Origin: an uncultured Verrucomicrobiota bacterium
GTDB taxonomy: Bacteria > Verrucomicrobiota > Verrucomicrobiia > Limisphaerales > CAIMTB01
Length of the DNA: 55,719 bases
NCBI GenBank assembly: GCA_903844265.1
Contig: CAIMTB010000301.1
Span: 1-55,719 of the forward strand
Reading direction: 5' to 3'
The position numbers and the translations under genes were made by a program. Each line of letters starts with the position of its first letter. Position 1 is the stretch's first letter. This document shows, piece by piece, positions 44,651-53,998 of this stretch. Under the pieces are notes generated by a model. That model saw nothing but the letters and a program-made list of their open reading frames with translations, was not told where the DNA came from and did not search any database.

Positions 44651-46534
44651 CTACCGTTTGGATTCGACGACAACGTCCAGCATGTCGGGCCTGAGTTTGT
44701 CCTCGAGGTTCAGGTTGAGGCTTTGTTGGGCGTTGGTGGCGGTGAGGACGATCTTCCGGGAGCCTGCGCTTCCCGCGGCGAACGCGTTGAGATAGGCGCG
44801 CTGGGTGTAGACCGCGGGCGATTCGCGGTAGGCCTTCACCTGGTTGGTGAACTGGGCTGCCTGCGCGACCGTCGCGGCGATCGTGCGGAGGCTGTAGGAC
44901 TCGGCTTGGCGGATGCGGTTGGTGGCTTCGGAGCGGGCGAGGATGACGTTTGTAATCGAATAGGTCCGGGAATGTTCGATGATCGTCGCCTTCTGCTGGA
45001 CGGCGGCGACGACGGCGTTGAATTCCTTCCCGACCTTCACCGGGGGATGGACGCTCTGGAGGCCGACGAAGAGGATGTGGACGCCGAGTTCCAGTTGGTC
45101 GGCGGCGGCCTGTACATTTTCGCGGAGCCTGGAGGCGGCGGTGGCGCGGCCGGTGGTCATGAACTCGAAGAAATCAACGCTGACCAGGTAGCGGACGACC
45201 TCGCGGGTGGCGATGCGTTCGAGGAGGTTGGTGGCGTTGGCGTGGCGGGTGGTCCACTTGAGCAGGTCGCTGATCTCGTACTGGACCGGGATGTTGACGG
45301 ACAGGAGGTTGACGGGCGGGGCCTGCTCGGTTCCGCGGATGACGCTTTCGCGTGAGGCGACGAGCAGGTTGTACTCCTCCTTGGCGTGGGCGACGGTCCA
45401 GAGGACGGTACGTTCGTCGGCGGGCGGGCGGGCGTTGGGGTGTTCGTCGTCGCCACGTTCCACGAGGCCGATGAGGAAGGAGCGGACCTCCTTGGTGCGT
45501 TCGCGGTAGACTTCGTCGATGGGCCACGGAAGCTTGAAATGGATGCCTGGGCCGAGCACTTCGCGGCCGGCGACGGGGCTTCCGTTGCGCTCGAGGATGG
45601 CGGCTTCACCGGCGTCGATGAAGGTGACGCACGTCGAGAGGAGCAGCAATCCGACCTGGCCGAGGAGGATCCACGCGGCGGAGCGTTGGATGAACTGGTA
45701 GAACCATGTGTCCGAGACCTTGAAGCCGAACTGATAATCGAGGGCCTGCGCGACCGTGCTGAAGATGCCGGCGGGCTGGCCGAGGAGCCCGACCAGGCGG
45801 CTCTCGTACATCACGCGCGTCTCGATCCGGCCCTTGACCCGGGGCCGGTACATTTCGAGGACGAGGGAGATGAGCGTCTCGACGGCGGCCAGTCCGAGGA
45901 TGATGGCGAAGCCGCGGGCGAGGTAGAGATCGGCCCGTATGAGGCCGGCCTCGACGGCACCGACAGCGAGGGCGACGGAGAAGCTGACGGCTGCGGCGAG
46001 GAGGACGTTCGAGGCGCCGGGGCGGAGGAGTCGCTGGTTGTCGAGTTGGGCAAGCTTGACCGAGTACTTGCCCATCAGGAGCAGCAGCAGCGCGAACATG
46101 CCGAACAGCGCCATGAGCAGCATGGGCTGGTTGAGCTTCCCGACGATGGGGTTCTGCAGCCAGAGCCAGATCCCGACGGCGCCGCCGGCCTGCGCCAGGA
46201 ACACCAGCACCGTCACGGCGGGGACGATGAATTTCTCGAACTGCTCCCGCGCCCGCTGTGCCGGGAAGATTTCCGCATCGCCGGTGTCGAACATCGTCGA
46301 GCCCTTGGCGGAACGCGCGAGTTCCTCGAGCTCGAGTTTCTCCAGCCGCTCGCGGTCCTCGAGCCGCATCTGGAACCAGCTCAGGAGGGCGATGATCAGC
46401 CCGCAGCCGACGAAGGCCATGCCCGCCTGGCCCGCAAAGGAGCCGGCTTCGCGCGCGAGCAGGATGCCCGCGGAACCTGCCACGAGCAGCAGGATCAGGT
46501 TGATAAGTCCGATGCGAGTGAGGTTTCGCGGCAT
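44651..46534 (-). CDS. Polytopic membrane protein with C-terminal SPFH (HflK-like) domain, the third SPFH paralogue
   Basis: About 300-aa multi-TM N-terminal half, then GIHFKLPWPIDEVYR... SPFH domain and a coiled C-terminus. The start is 1 nt after the upstream stop. Confidence 0.75.
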   Translation of the reverse strand: MPRNLTRIGLINLILLLVAGSAGILLAREAGSFAGQAGMAFVGCGLIIALLSWFQMRLEDRERLEKLELEELARSAKGSTMFDTGDAEIFPAQRAREQFEKFIVPAVTVLVFLAQAGGAVGIWLWLQNPIVGKLNQPMLLMALFGMFALLLLLMGKYSVKLAQLDNQRLLRPGASNVLLAAAVSFSVALAVGAVEAGLIRADLYLARGFAIILGLAAVETLISLVLEMYRPRVKGRIETRVMYESRLVGLLGQPAGIFSTVAQALDYQFGFKVSDTWFYQFIQRSAAWILLGQVGLLLLSTCVTFIDAGEAAILERNGSPVAGREVLGPGIHFKLPWPIDEVYRERTKEVRSFLIGLVERGDDEHPNARPPADERTVLWTVAHAKEEYNLLVASRESVIRGTEQAPPVNLLSVNIPVQYEISDLLKWTTRHANATNLLERIATREVVRYLVSVDFFEFMTTGRATAASRLRENVQAAADQLELGVHILFVGLQSVHPPVKVGKEFNAVVAAVQQKATIIEHSRTYSITNVILARSEATNRIRQAESYSLRTIAATVAQAAQFTNQVKAYRESPAVYTQRAYLNAFAAGSAGSRKIVLTATNAQQSLNLNLEDKLRPDMLDVVVESKR

Positions 46535-46535
46535 G

Positions 46536-47687
46536 TCAGCTCAATTCCCGGTTTTCGAACAGCGCGAGGGCCAGGGCCATCGCGGCGACGAGATAACAGA
46601 CCATGTAGAGGAAGGCCCGTTCGATGTAGACGGTCGGTATCTCCCTGGTCCCTTGGAGTGCGTCGGCCAGCCAGAACAGCTGCCAGTTCGGGACCACGGT
46701 GTAGACCACCTTGGCCCAGACAGCGCCGGCAAGTCCCGCCTCCGTGAGTTCCTTGCGCTCCGCCGGCGTCAGCTTCGTCTCCTCCTCGTACGTGAGCCGA
46801 CCCGACTTGTCGGCGTCATGACGCGAGATCACCTGGACGAGGAGTTCCTTCTGCCGCTCGCTCCAGGGCGAGGCCTTGATCTCCTCAAGATTGGTCGAGA
46901 ACGTGCGCCAGGCGGGCTCGGCCCTGCGGCCGAAGAGGTAGTCCGACATCAGGCCGATCAGGAATACCGCTGAGCAGACGGCGAGTGTCGGGATCAGTTC
47001 GAGGCGGGTGGCGCAGGCGATGGCGAGCGCCGCGAGGATCCAGAGGGCGAACAGGAGCAGGACGACCGCCGCCACCAGCCGCGGGTCCGCCTTGCCCTCG
47101 TAGCCCTCGGCGAACATGTACCGGGTGTCGATGAAGTAGTTGATGACCACGAACGCCAGGGTCGTCGTCACCGCCAGCGAGAACACGGCGTCCGACACGA
47201 AGGGCCGGCCGAGGAAGAAGTTGTTGAACCCGCCGATCGCGAAGGCGAGGGCCATGGCGCCGTAGAAAATCGCGAGCGCGGTGAGGTTCGGCTCGCCATA
47301 CGAGGTGAACGCCAGCTTGCTCGCCACCAGCGCCGCCATCAGGTTCACATACGAGAGCAGGGAGAGCGCCGCCGCCACGCCGGCAAACTTGGCCAGCAGG
47401 AACTTCACACGCCCGATCGGCTTCGCGAGGACGGCGAGGGCGGTGCCCGAGCGGATCTCCTGCGCCACCGACGACGCAGCACTGATCACCGCGCCGAACA
47501 GGCCGGTCAGGAAAATCACCGCCAGGACGCTGTCCTTCGTCATCTTCGGGTCGTCGCCCAACGCGAAATAATAGACGTTCGCGAGGAAGACGATGAAGGC
47601 GGTCGACACACTGAGCAGCACCAGGAACACGGTCTGGCGTGCCAGTTCCATGAACCCGTTCATCGCGATGGTCGCAAATTGCCGCAT
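46536..47687 (-). CDS. ABC-2-family permease (NosY-like) with soluble insert carrying an EF-hand loop
   Basis: AQEIRSGTALAVLAKPIGR (ExxxGT...PxxR ABC-2 motif). Six hydrophobic segments. A roughly 90-aa hydrophilic insert before the last TM. Confidence 0.75.
   Translation of the reverse strand: MRQFATIAMNGFMELARQTVFLVLLSVSTAFIVFLANVYYFALGDDPKMTKDSVLAVIFLTGLFGAVISAASSVAQEIRSGTALAVLAKPIGRVKFLLAKFAGVAAALSLLSYVNLMAALVASKLAFTSYGEPNLTALAIFYGAMALAFAIGGFNNFFLGRPFVSDAVFSLAVTTTLAFVVINYFIDTRYMFAEGYEGKADPRLVAAVVLLLFALWILAALAIACATRLELIPTLAVCSAVFLIGLMSDYLFGRRAEPAWRTFSTNLEEIKASPWSERQKELLVQVISRHDADKSGRLTYEEETKLTPAERKELTEAGLAGAVWAKVVYTVVPNWQLFWLADALQGTREIPTVYIERAFLYMVCYLVAAMALALALFENRELS
46782..46817 (-). other. 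Canonical 12-residue EF-hand Ca-binding loop
   Basis: DADKSGRLTYEE fits D-x-D-x-S-G-x-L-x-x-x-E. It is flanked by helix-prone ERQKELLVQVISRH and ETKLTPAERKEL. Confidence 0.6.
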
Positions 47688-47905
47688 GTCTCAATGTTCC
47701 GTTACTTTCCGATCCTAGCTCCCACCCAACGACATGCAAAGTCTGTCCTGTCGTCGGCCAGAGGCGGGGGTGCGGATGGTGGAGATACGGGGGCAGCAAG
47801 GAAACTGTGTTTTTTGCGGCACAGCAATTCCCGGTGCATCCACAGACTGACGGTAGGGCGCGCCCTCCGCTGCGCGCCGTCCTTCGCGGACACAGCCAGA
47901 AGTCG

Positions 47906-48196
47906 TCACCAGCGAAACCAGCCCGCCGCGAACAGCGCCAGCGCCGCCAGCGCGATCCACCACCAGAACCGCCGGCGCGGGTGTTGGCGCGTTCCTCCCG
48001 CCCCTCCGTCGCCGCCGCCGAATTCCGATCGCTCCCATGCCTCGTGATCAAATTCGCCCGGATCGGAGGGCAGGCCGAGGAGGTCCCCCGCAGCCTGCTC
48101 AGACCAGCCGGTCCGTTCATCGGCTCCGCAGCCCGGGCATGCGTTGGCCCGGGGCGGAACGTCGCCGCCGCAATGGGGACAGGTGCCCGGTTTCAT
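47906..48196 (-). CDS. Zinc-ribbon protein with C-terminal TM anchor
   Basis: ORF 47906..48259 trimmed to ATG 48196 (MKPGTCPHCGG...CPGCG), because the extension would overlap kdsB. C-terminal FWWWIALAALALFAAGWF. Confidence 0.5.
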   Translation of the reverse strand: MKPGTCPHCGGDVPPRANACPGCGADERTGWSEQAAGDLLGLPSDPGEFDHEAWERSEFGGGDGGAGGTRQHPRRRFWWWIALAALALFAAGWFRW

Positions 48197-48212
48197 CGGT
48201 GCGCGCCGGGAT

Positions 48213-48986
48213 TCAGCCGCGCAGGAGCGCCTCGACCCTGGCCACGTCCGAGGGAACATCCACCCCGATGCTCTCGTAGTCGACCTTCACCACGGCGATA
48301 GGAATGCCGTTCTCGAGGGCGCGCAGCTGCTCGAGCTTCTCGGCGGCCTCAAGCCCGGAGACCGGGAACGTCACCAGGCGCAGGAGCGTCTCGCGTCGAT
48401 AACCGTAGATCCCCAGGTGCTTGAGGAACGGGAATGCCGCCATCTGCTGGGCTATCGGGCTGTCCGCAAGGTCCCGGAGGTAGGGGATGCATCGTCGCGA
48501 GAAATAGAGTGCCCGACCCTGCGTGCCAACCACGACCTTCACGATGTTGGGATTGTCGTATTCTGATGGATCCCGCAAAGCCGTGGCGGCGGTCGACATC
48601 TCGGTGTTCCCGAGGGCCGCGGCGACGGCGTCGATGACCGCGGGGTCCATGAGAGGTTCGTCACCCTGGATGTTCACCACCGCGTCGCAGTCGAGCCGGG
48701 CTGCCACCTCCGCGATCCGGTCGGTTCCACTGGGATGCTCGGGCCGCGTCATCTCCACCCGGGCAAATTGCCGGGCCACAGAGGCGATCCGTTCGTCGTC
48801 GGTGGCAACGATCACCTCGGAGAGCGATCCGGCGAGACGGCAACGCTCGACGACCCGCTGGATCAGGGGAAGCCCCGCGATCGGGTAAAGCGGCTTGCCT
48901 GGGAACCGCGTCGACGCGTAGCGCGCCGGCACGAGGCCGATGACGCAGGGTTGGCGGCGTGTGGCAGGTGGGTGTGGCAACGACAT
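48213..48986 (-). CDS. kdsB: 3-deoxy-manno-octulosonate cytidylyltransferase (CMP-Kdo synthetase)
   Basis: GLVPARYASTRFPGKPL...IQGDEPL motifs. 257 aa. Confidence 0.9.
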   Translation of the reverse strand: MSLPHPPATRRQPCVIGLVPARYASTRFPGKPLYPIAGLPLIQRVVERCRLAGSLSEVIVATDDERIASVARQFARVEMTRPEHPSGTDRIAEVAARLDCDAVVNIQGDEPLMDPAVIDAVAAALGNTEMSTAATALRDPSEYDNPNIVKVVVGTQGRALYFSRRCIPYLRDLADSPIAQQMAAFPFLKHLGIYGYRRETLLRLVTFPVSGLEAAEKLEQLRALENGIPIAVVKVDYESIGVDVPSDVARVEALLRG

Positions 48987-49250
48987 GGACGATTCCTAGG
49001 CTGCCCGGGCGCTGGCTGCAAGTGAGGGTCGCGCTCCTTCTCCACGGATGGGCCCCAGGCCGGGGGACACGATCTCCACGAGGCATCAGCCTCCCGTCAG
49101 GGCAATTGGCGGACGCGGGTCCAACCCTTGGTTCACGGTGGCTTCCAAGGCGTACTATTCATCCCGCCGCGCTTTACGGGTCGGCGCGGCGGGGTCAGTA
49201 TCCGACTGTCTGCCCGCACCGGCGGTCCGCCGGTTGGGCAGGGTTGTGAC

Positions 49251-50183
49251 ATGTTCCTGATCGTCGAAGCCCGATTCCTGGCACCGGATGTAAAACTGCT
49301 CCGGGTGCAAGCCCCGTTGATCGCCCGCAAGCGGAAGGCAGGGCAGTTCGTCATCCTGCGCGTCCACGACCACGGGGAGCGTATTCCGCTCACCATTGCC
49401 GATTCCGATCCTGTCGCCGGGACGATTACGATTGTGGTCCAGGGGGTGGGCAAGACCACCAAGATGCTGAACTTGAAGTCTGCGGGGGACTCGATCTGCG
49501 ACGTGGTTGGGCCGCTGGGATTGCCGTCGCACGTCGAGAAGTTCGGGACGGTGGTGGTCATTGGGGGTGGTTTGGGGACGGCGATCGCCTATCCCACGGC
49601 GAAGGCGTTTCGTCAGGCGGACAACCATGTGATCTCGATCATCGGTGGGCGCAACCGGCAGTTCGTGATCCTCGAGGAGGAGGTGCGGGCCATCAGCAAC
49701 GAGTTGTTCGTCACCACGGACGATGGTTCCTACGCCGAGAAGGGATTCGTCACCGACCAGCTCGCCGCGCTCATCGCCGCGGGGCGCAAGCTCGACCTGG
49801 TCCTCGCCATCGGGCCGATCCCGATGATGCGGGCCGTCGCCGAGGTGACCCGACCGCACGGCATCAAGACCGTCGTGAGCCTCAACCCGATCATGGTGGA
49901 CGGGACGGGCATGTGCGGGGGGTGTCGCGTGATCGTGGGGGGCAAGCCGCAGTTTGCCTGTGTGGATGGCCCGGAGTTTGATGCCCACCAGGTTGATTTC
50001 CAGATCCTGATCCAACGAAATGCGATGTACCGGGACATGGAGCGCAAGGCATTGGACCAGCTGCTCCAGCCACCAGCGCCCGCCGTTTCGGCTGGGAAGG
50101 ATGCCCAATGTCCCGATGGGGATCCCTGTCGGTTCGTGGAGAAAGTCCCGGAATTGGCGGGCGTGTGGAAGACGGGGGCGTGA
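49251..50183 (+). CDS. Sulfide/dihydroorotate-dehydrogenase-like FAD/NAD-binding [2Fe-2S] protein (NfnA/SudB-like)
   Basis: ORF 49128..50183 trimmed to ATG 49251. FNR-like fold (RIPLTIADSD, GGGLGTA). Cys cluster MCGGCRV...ACVDGP. Confidence 0.85.
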   Translation: MFLIVEARFLAPDVKLLRVQAPLIARKRKAGQFVILRVHDHGERIPLTIADSDPVAGTITIVVQGVGKTTKMLNLKSAGDSICDVVGPLGLPSHVEKFGTVVVIGGGLGTAIAYPTAKAFRQADNHVISIIGGRNRQFVILEEEVRAISNELFVTTDDGSYAEKGFVTDQLAALIAAGRKLDLVLAIGPIPMMRAVAEVTRPHGIKTVVSLNPIMVDGTGMCGGCRVIVGGKPQFACVDGPEFDAHQVDFQILIQRNAMYRDMERKALDQLLQPPAPAVSAGKDAQCPDGDPCRFVEKVPELAGVWKTGA

Positions 50184-50226
50184 CTGCTCTCAGAATTACA
50201 ATCTAGTCCCCAGCCCCTGACCTACG

Positions 50227-51657
50227 ATGCACAACCCGATTCCGCCGAAGGAACGGATGAAGATCCACCGGCAATTGATGCCGGAGCAGCCCCCTCTCGA
50301 GCGCGCCCGCAACTTTGTCGAGGTCAATCGCGGACTCGACGTGGCGCTTGCGCAGGAGGAGGCCAGGCGATGCCTTACCTGCAAGACGCAGCATTGCTTC
50401 TCGGCCTGCCCGGTCGGGGTCCAGGTGCGTGACTTCATCGATCTCGTCGTGGCGGGCGACTATCTCGGCGCCGCGGCGAAGATTCGGGAGGACAATGTCC
50501 TTCCGGCGGTGACGGGGCGGGTATGTCCGCAGGAGAAGCAATGTGAGGGCTCCTGTATCTTGAGTGCCCGGGGCGAGTCGGTGGCGATCGGGTATCTCGA
50601 GCGGTTTGTGGCGGACTACGAGCGCAGCGTGGGGAAGGTCGGATTGCCGGCGCGCGCGCCGCTGACGGGCAAGAAGGTGGCGGTCGTTGGGAGCGGCCCG
50701 GCGGGGCTGAGCTGTGCGGGGGATCTTGTGCTCAAGGGGCATGACGTCACCGTGCTCGAGGCGTTGCACGAGATTGGTGGAGTCCTGGTCTATGGGATCC
50801 CGGAATTCCGGCTTCCGAAGCAGATCGTCCGTGACGAAGTCGAGAATCTCCGGCTCATGGGCGTGGAATTCCGCACGAACGTCGTGGTGGGTCGCACGGT
50901 CACGGTGGATGAGCTGTTGGGCGAGGAAGGCTATCACGCGGTGTTCGTGGCCACGGGTGCGGGATTGCCGATGTTCCTCAACATTCCCGGCGAGCACCTG
51001 TGTGGCGTGTATTCGGCCAACGAGTTTCTCACCCGGGTGAATCTGATGAAGGCCAATGAGTTTCCGGCCTACGATAATCCCATCTACGATTGCCGCGGCA
51101 AGGACGTCGCGGTCTTTGGTGCGGGCAACACGGCGATGGACGCGGTTCGCACCTCACTGCGGCTTGGCGCAAAGTGTGCCAGCATCGTCTATCGGCGTTC
51201 CGAAAAGGAAATGCCCGCCCGCGCCGAGGAGGTGCATCACGCCAAGGATGAGGGCGTGCAATTCCAGATGCTCACCAACCCCCTCGAATTCCTGGGTGAC
51301 GAGAAGGGATGGCTCACGGGTGTCAGGTTGCAGCGGATGGAACTGGGTGCCCCGGACAAGTCGGGCCGGAGATCCCCGGTGGCCATTGAAGGGTCTGAGC
51401 ATGTGTTGCCCATCCATGTCGCGATCATTGCCATCGGCAACAAGGGCAACCCCCTGGTGCAGTCCACCACCCCCGATCTCGCCACCACACGCAACGGATA
51501 CATTGTTGCCGACGCCGAGAAGCTCAAGACCAGCAAGCCGGGTGTGTTCGCGGGTGGCGACATCGTGACTGGCGGGGCGACCGTCATCCTCGCCATGGGG
51601 GCCGGACGCAAGGCTGCCAAGGCCATCCACGAATATCTCCAGTCCGGGATCTGGTAG
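50227..51657 (+). CDS. NADPH-dependent glutamate-synthase small-chain-like oxidoreductase (NfnB/GltD/SudA-like)
   Basis: Two 4Fe-4S Cys motifs (CLTCKTQHCFSACP; CPQEKQCEGSC). VAVVGSGPAGLSCA and VAVFGAGNTAMD dinucleotide folds. Confidence 0.9.
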   Translation: MHNPIPPKERMKIHRQLMPEQPPLERARNFVEVNRGLDVALAQEEARRCLTCKTQHCFSACPVGVQVRDFIDLVVAGDYLGAAAKIREDNVLPAVTGRVCPQEKQCEGSCILSARGESVAIGYLERFVADYERSVGKVGLPARAPLTGKKVAVVGSGPAGLSCAGDLVLKGHDVTVLEALHEIGGVLVYGIPEFRLPKQIVRDEVENLRLMGVEFRTNVVVGRTVTVDELLGEEGYHAVFVATGAGLPMFLNIPGEHLCGVYSANEFLTRVNLMKANEFPAYDNPIYDCRGKDVAVFGAGNTAMDAVRTSLRLGAKCASIVYRRSEKEMPARAEEVHHAKDEGVQFQMLTNPLEFLGDEKGWLTGVRLQRMELGAPDKSGRRSPVAIEGSEHVLPIHVAIIAIGNKGNPLVQSTTPDLATTRNGYIVADAEKLKTSKPGVFAGGDIVTGGATVILAMGAGRKAAKAIHEYLQSGIW

Positions 51658-51683
51658 CAGTCCCGGCGATTCACGCCTGTCCG

Positions 51684-53696
51684 TCAGCCCAAGACCCCCA
51701 CTGGACCCGGGGTCCCGAAAGGGTCGGGCGGCGTGCGCGCTCCAGTGCTTGCAGGGAGAAAAAGCCTGAAGAGGGAGCCCTTTTCCGGCGTGCTCTCCGC
51801 GTCCACCCATCCCTTGTGCTGTGCCGCGATTCCGTGGACGGTCGCGAGCCCGAGGCCTGTGCCCTTCCCGCACTCTTTTGTCGTAAAGAATGGCTCGAAG
51901 ATCCGCGAGAGTGTGACGGGGTCCATGCCGCATCCGGTGTCGGCGACGGAGCAGCAGACGAAGAGGCCGGGCGAGACCTCGCCCAAGCCCTGGATCCGGG
52001 CTTCATCGATCGGCTCGGTCGTCAGGGTGATGACAAGGGTCCCGCCCTGGGGCATCGCATCGCGGGCGTTGACCACGAGGTTCATGATGACCTGCTCGAT
52101 CATGCCCCGGTCGGCAAACACCGCGGGAATGCCCTCCCCCGCCTCGAACTCAACCTTGATGTGATCCCCGATCAGCCGGCGAAGCATCTTCAGAAGCGTC
52201 GCCACCAATTCACCCAGGTCGAGCATCTCGACTTTCAGGACAGATCTCCGACTGAATATCAGCAGTTGCTCGGTCAGGCTTGCCGCCCGCTTCACGACAG
52301 CCAGCAACTCGTCGATGGATTCCCGCGCCTCCGCGCCTCGGGGCTCGGCCTCCCGGAGGAAGCCAAGGTGCATCATCATGATGCCCAGGATGTTGTTGAA
52401 ATCATGGGCGACGCCTCCAGCCAGCTGTCCGACGGCTCCCAGCTTCTGGGATTGCCGCAGCTGATCCTCGAGCGCCTTCCTTTCGGTGATGTCGAGCGCC
52501 AGTCCTTCGATGATGGTCTCGGAGCTGTCGACGTTGTATCCCAGTGATCGATCGGCCAACCAGCGCCAGTTGCCGCGCGCGTCCCTGATCCGGTACTCCA
52601 CCAGAAAGGGCTGACCCGCCGCGGTATCCTGAATGACCTCGCCCACCCGGCGTATGTCATCAGGATGGATTGACTGCTGCCACAGCATCGGCCGTGCGTA
52701 GAGTTCCTCCGGGGAATAGCCAAGAACCTGCTTCACGAACGGCGAATAGAAGACACCACCGCGACGGGTCGAGTAAGCGTAGACGATCCCAGGCACTCCA
52801 TCGACCAGCTTCCGGTGCTTGTTCTCGCTCTCACGGAGGGCAAGTTCAGCCTCCTTCTGGTCCGAGATATCAATCCAACTGCCAGACATTTCCACCGGCA
52901 CGCCCCGGTCATCGCGGACGAGCCTGACCTGGTCGTGCATCCAACGATAGGTCCCGTCAAGATGTCGGAACCGATACTCATGCACATGCGTGCCATGCGT
53001 GAGGAGTAACGCCAGCGCCGACAACACCCGATCCAAGTCGTCCGGATGCACGTGGCTTATCCAAAATTCCGAATCCGAAGTGAAGGAGTCCGCGCGATAT
53101 CCCAGGAGCTGCTCGACGTTGTCCGATATGAAGGTTGCTCCGAAGTCACCGGACGGACGACATGTGTAGAGAACCGCCGGCGTCCGGGCGAGCAACATCC
53201 CAAGCCGCCCCGCCTCATCACGGAATGAGGTCTCGCTCCGACCGCGCCCGCTGATGTCACGGTAGATGCCGTGGACCAGACCCGCCCCGGCAACCTCCGT
53301 CGTGGTGACCTCAAGATCAACCAGAGTCCCATCGCTACGCAGGTAGTGTCCCTCGTGCCGCCCAGGCCCTGTTTCGCTGGCGCCTGCCGCTCCTGAAGCT
53401 TCGGCCGTCAAATCCCGCAACGACAGGGCGAGCATCTGCTCCCGGGAGTATCCCAGGAGCCGGCACATCGCCTCGTTGGTATCGAGGACGCGACCGTCCT
53501 TCGCATCTGTCACGAGCAACCCGTCCCTCATCTGGTGAAGGAAGTCCTCGGCGGTCCTCCCATCGGATGGGAATGAGATTCGATTATCCGGGTTCATGAA
53601 TGGGTCCCCATCGCGGGATGCCCCGCAGATCGCGGCATCGCCACTCACAAAGAACTGACACGTGGGTTCAAGCAATGCGTTTGGGGCGTGATGCAT
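51684..53696 (-). CDS. Multi-PAS sensor histidine kinase (cytoplasmic, no TM; orphan)
   Basis: About 3-4 PAS/PAC modules. HisKA H-box GGVAHDFNNIL. HATPase N/G boxes (NLVVNARDAM, DTGCGM, GKGTGLGL). Alternative start at Met34. Confidence 0.85.
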   Translation of the reverse strand: MHHAPNALLEPTCQFFVSGDAAICGASRDGDPFMNPDNRISFPSDGRTAEDFLHQMRDGLLVTDAKDGRVLDTNEAMCRLLGYSREQMLALSLRDLTAEASGAAGASETGPGRHEGHYLRSDGTLVDLEVTTTEVAGAGLVHGIYRDISGRGRSETSFRDEAGRLGMLLARTPAVLYTCRPSGDFGATFISDNVEQLLGYRADSFTSDSEFWISHVHPDDLDRVLSALALLLTHGTHVHEYRFRHLDGTYRWMHDQVRLVRDDRGVPVEMSGSWIDISDQKEAELALRESENKHRKLVDGVPGIVYAYSTRRGGVFYSPFVKQVLGYSPEELYARPMLWQQSIHPDDIRRVGEVIQDTAAGQPFLVEYRIRDARGNWRWLADRSLGYNVDSSETIIEGLALDITERKALEDQLRQSQKLGAVGQLAGGVAHDFNNILGIMMMHLGFLREAEPRGAEARESIDELLAVVKRAASLTEQLLIFSRRSVLKVEMLDLGELVATLLKMLRRLIGDHIKVEFEAGEGIPAVFADRGMIEQVIMNLVVNARDAMPQGGTLVITLTTEPIDEARIQGLGEVSPGLFVCCSVADTGCGMDPVTLSRIFEPFFTTKECGKGTGLGLATVHGIAAQHKGWVDAESTPEKGSLFRLFLPASTGARTPPDPFGTPGPVGVLG

Positions 53697-53998
53697 GCAC
53701 GATCCAACTCATCCTCGCTCCAGGATGAATGATTCTGCACGGGTCATCGGGTCGGGATCCTGAGGGTGACGTCCCCGATTGCCCTGGAAGCGAAGCAGGT
53801 TGCTGTGCGAAGTGACTAAGTCGGGCCCTCGGGAATTGCCCTAGGTCGACCGGTAGGTGTGTTTTCATAAGGAAATTCCGTGACCCTGGGGGAGTAGAAT
53901 TCGGCAATCCGCGTGTAGCTTTGCCGTCTTGGTTCAGGCTTTGAATGGCCATGTTCGGGATGACCGCGAAATGGGCGCGGTCGCCGGACTCGTCCTCT

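Noticed and set aside
36549-46747. Very long + strand ORFs (36549..38840, 38850..41669, 42347..44146, 44153..45355, 45386..46747) across the ABC/SPFH/ATPase array
   Set aside because: Same shadow-ORF signature (G/A/D/E/R-rich, no motifs). The minus-strand frames carry Walker motifs, DKTGT, CPC and SPFH domains.
47805-47824. CTGTG-N10-CACAG hairpin with a T-run between the zinc-ribbon gene and the ABC-2 permease
   Set aside because: The stem is only 5 bp with an A/T-rich 10-nt loop, which is too weak to call a terminator.
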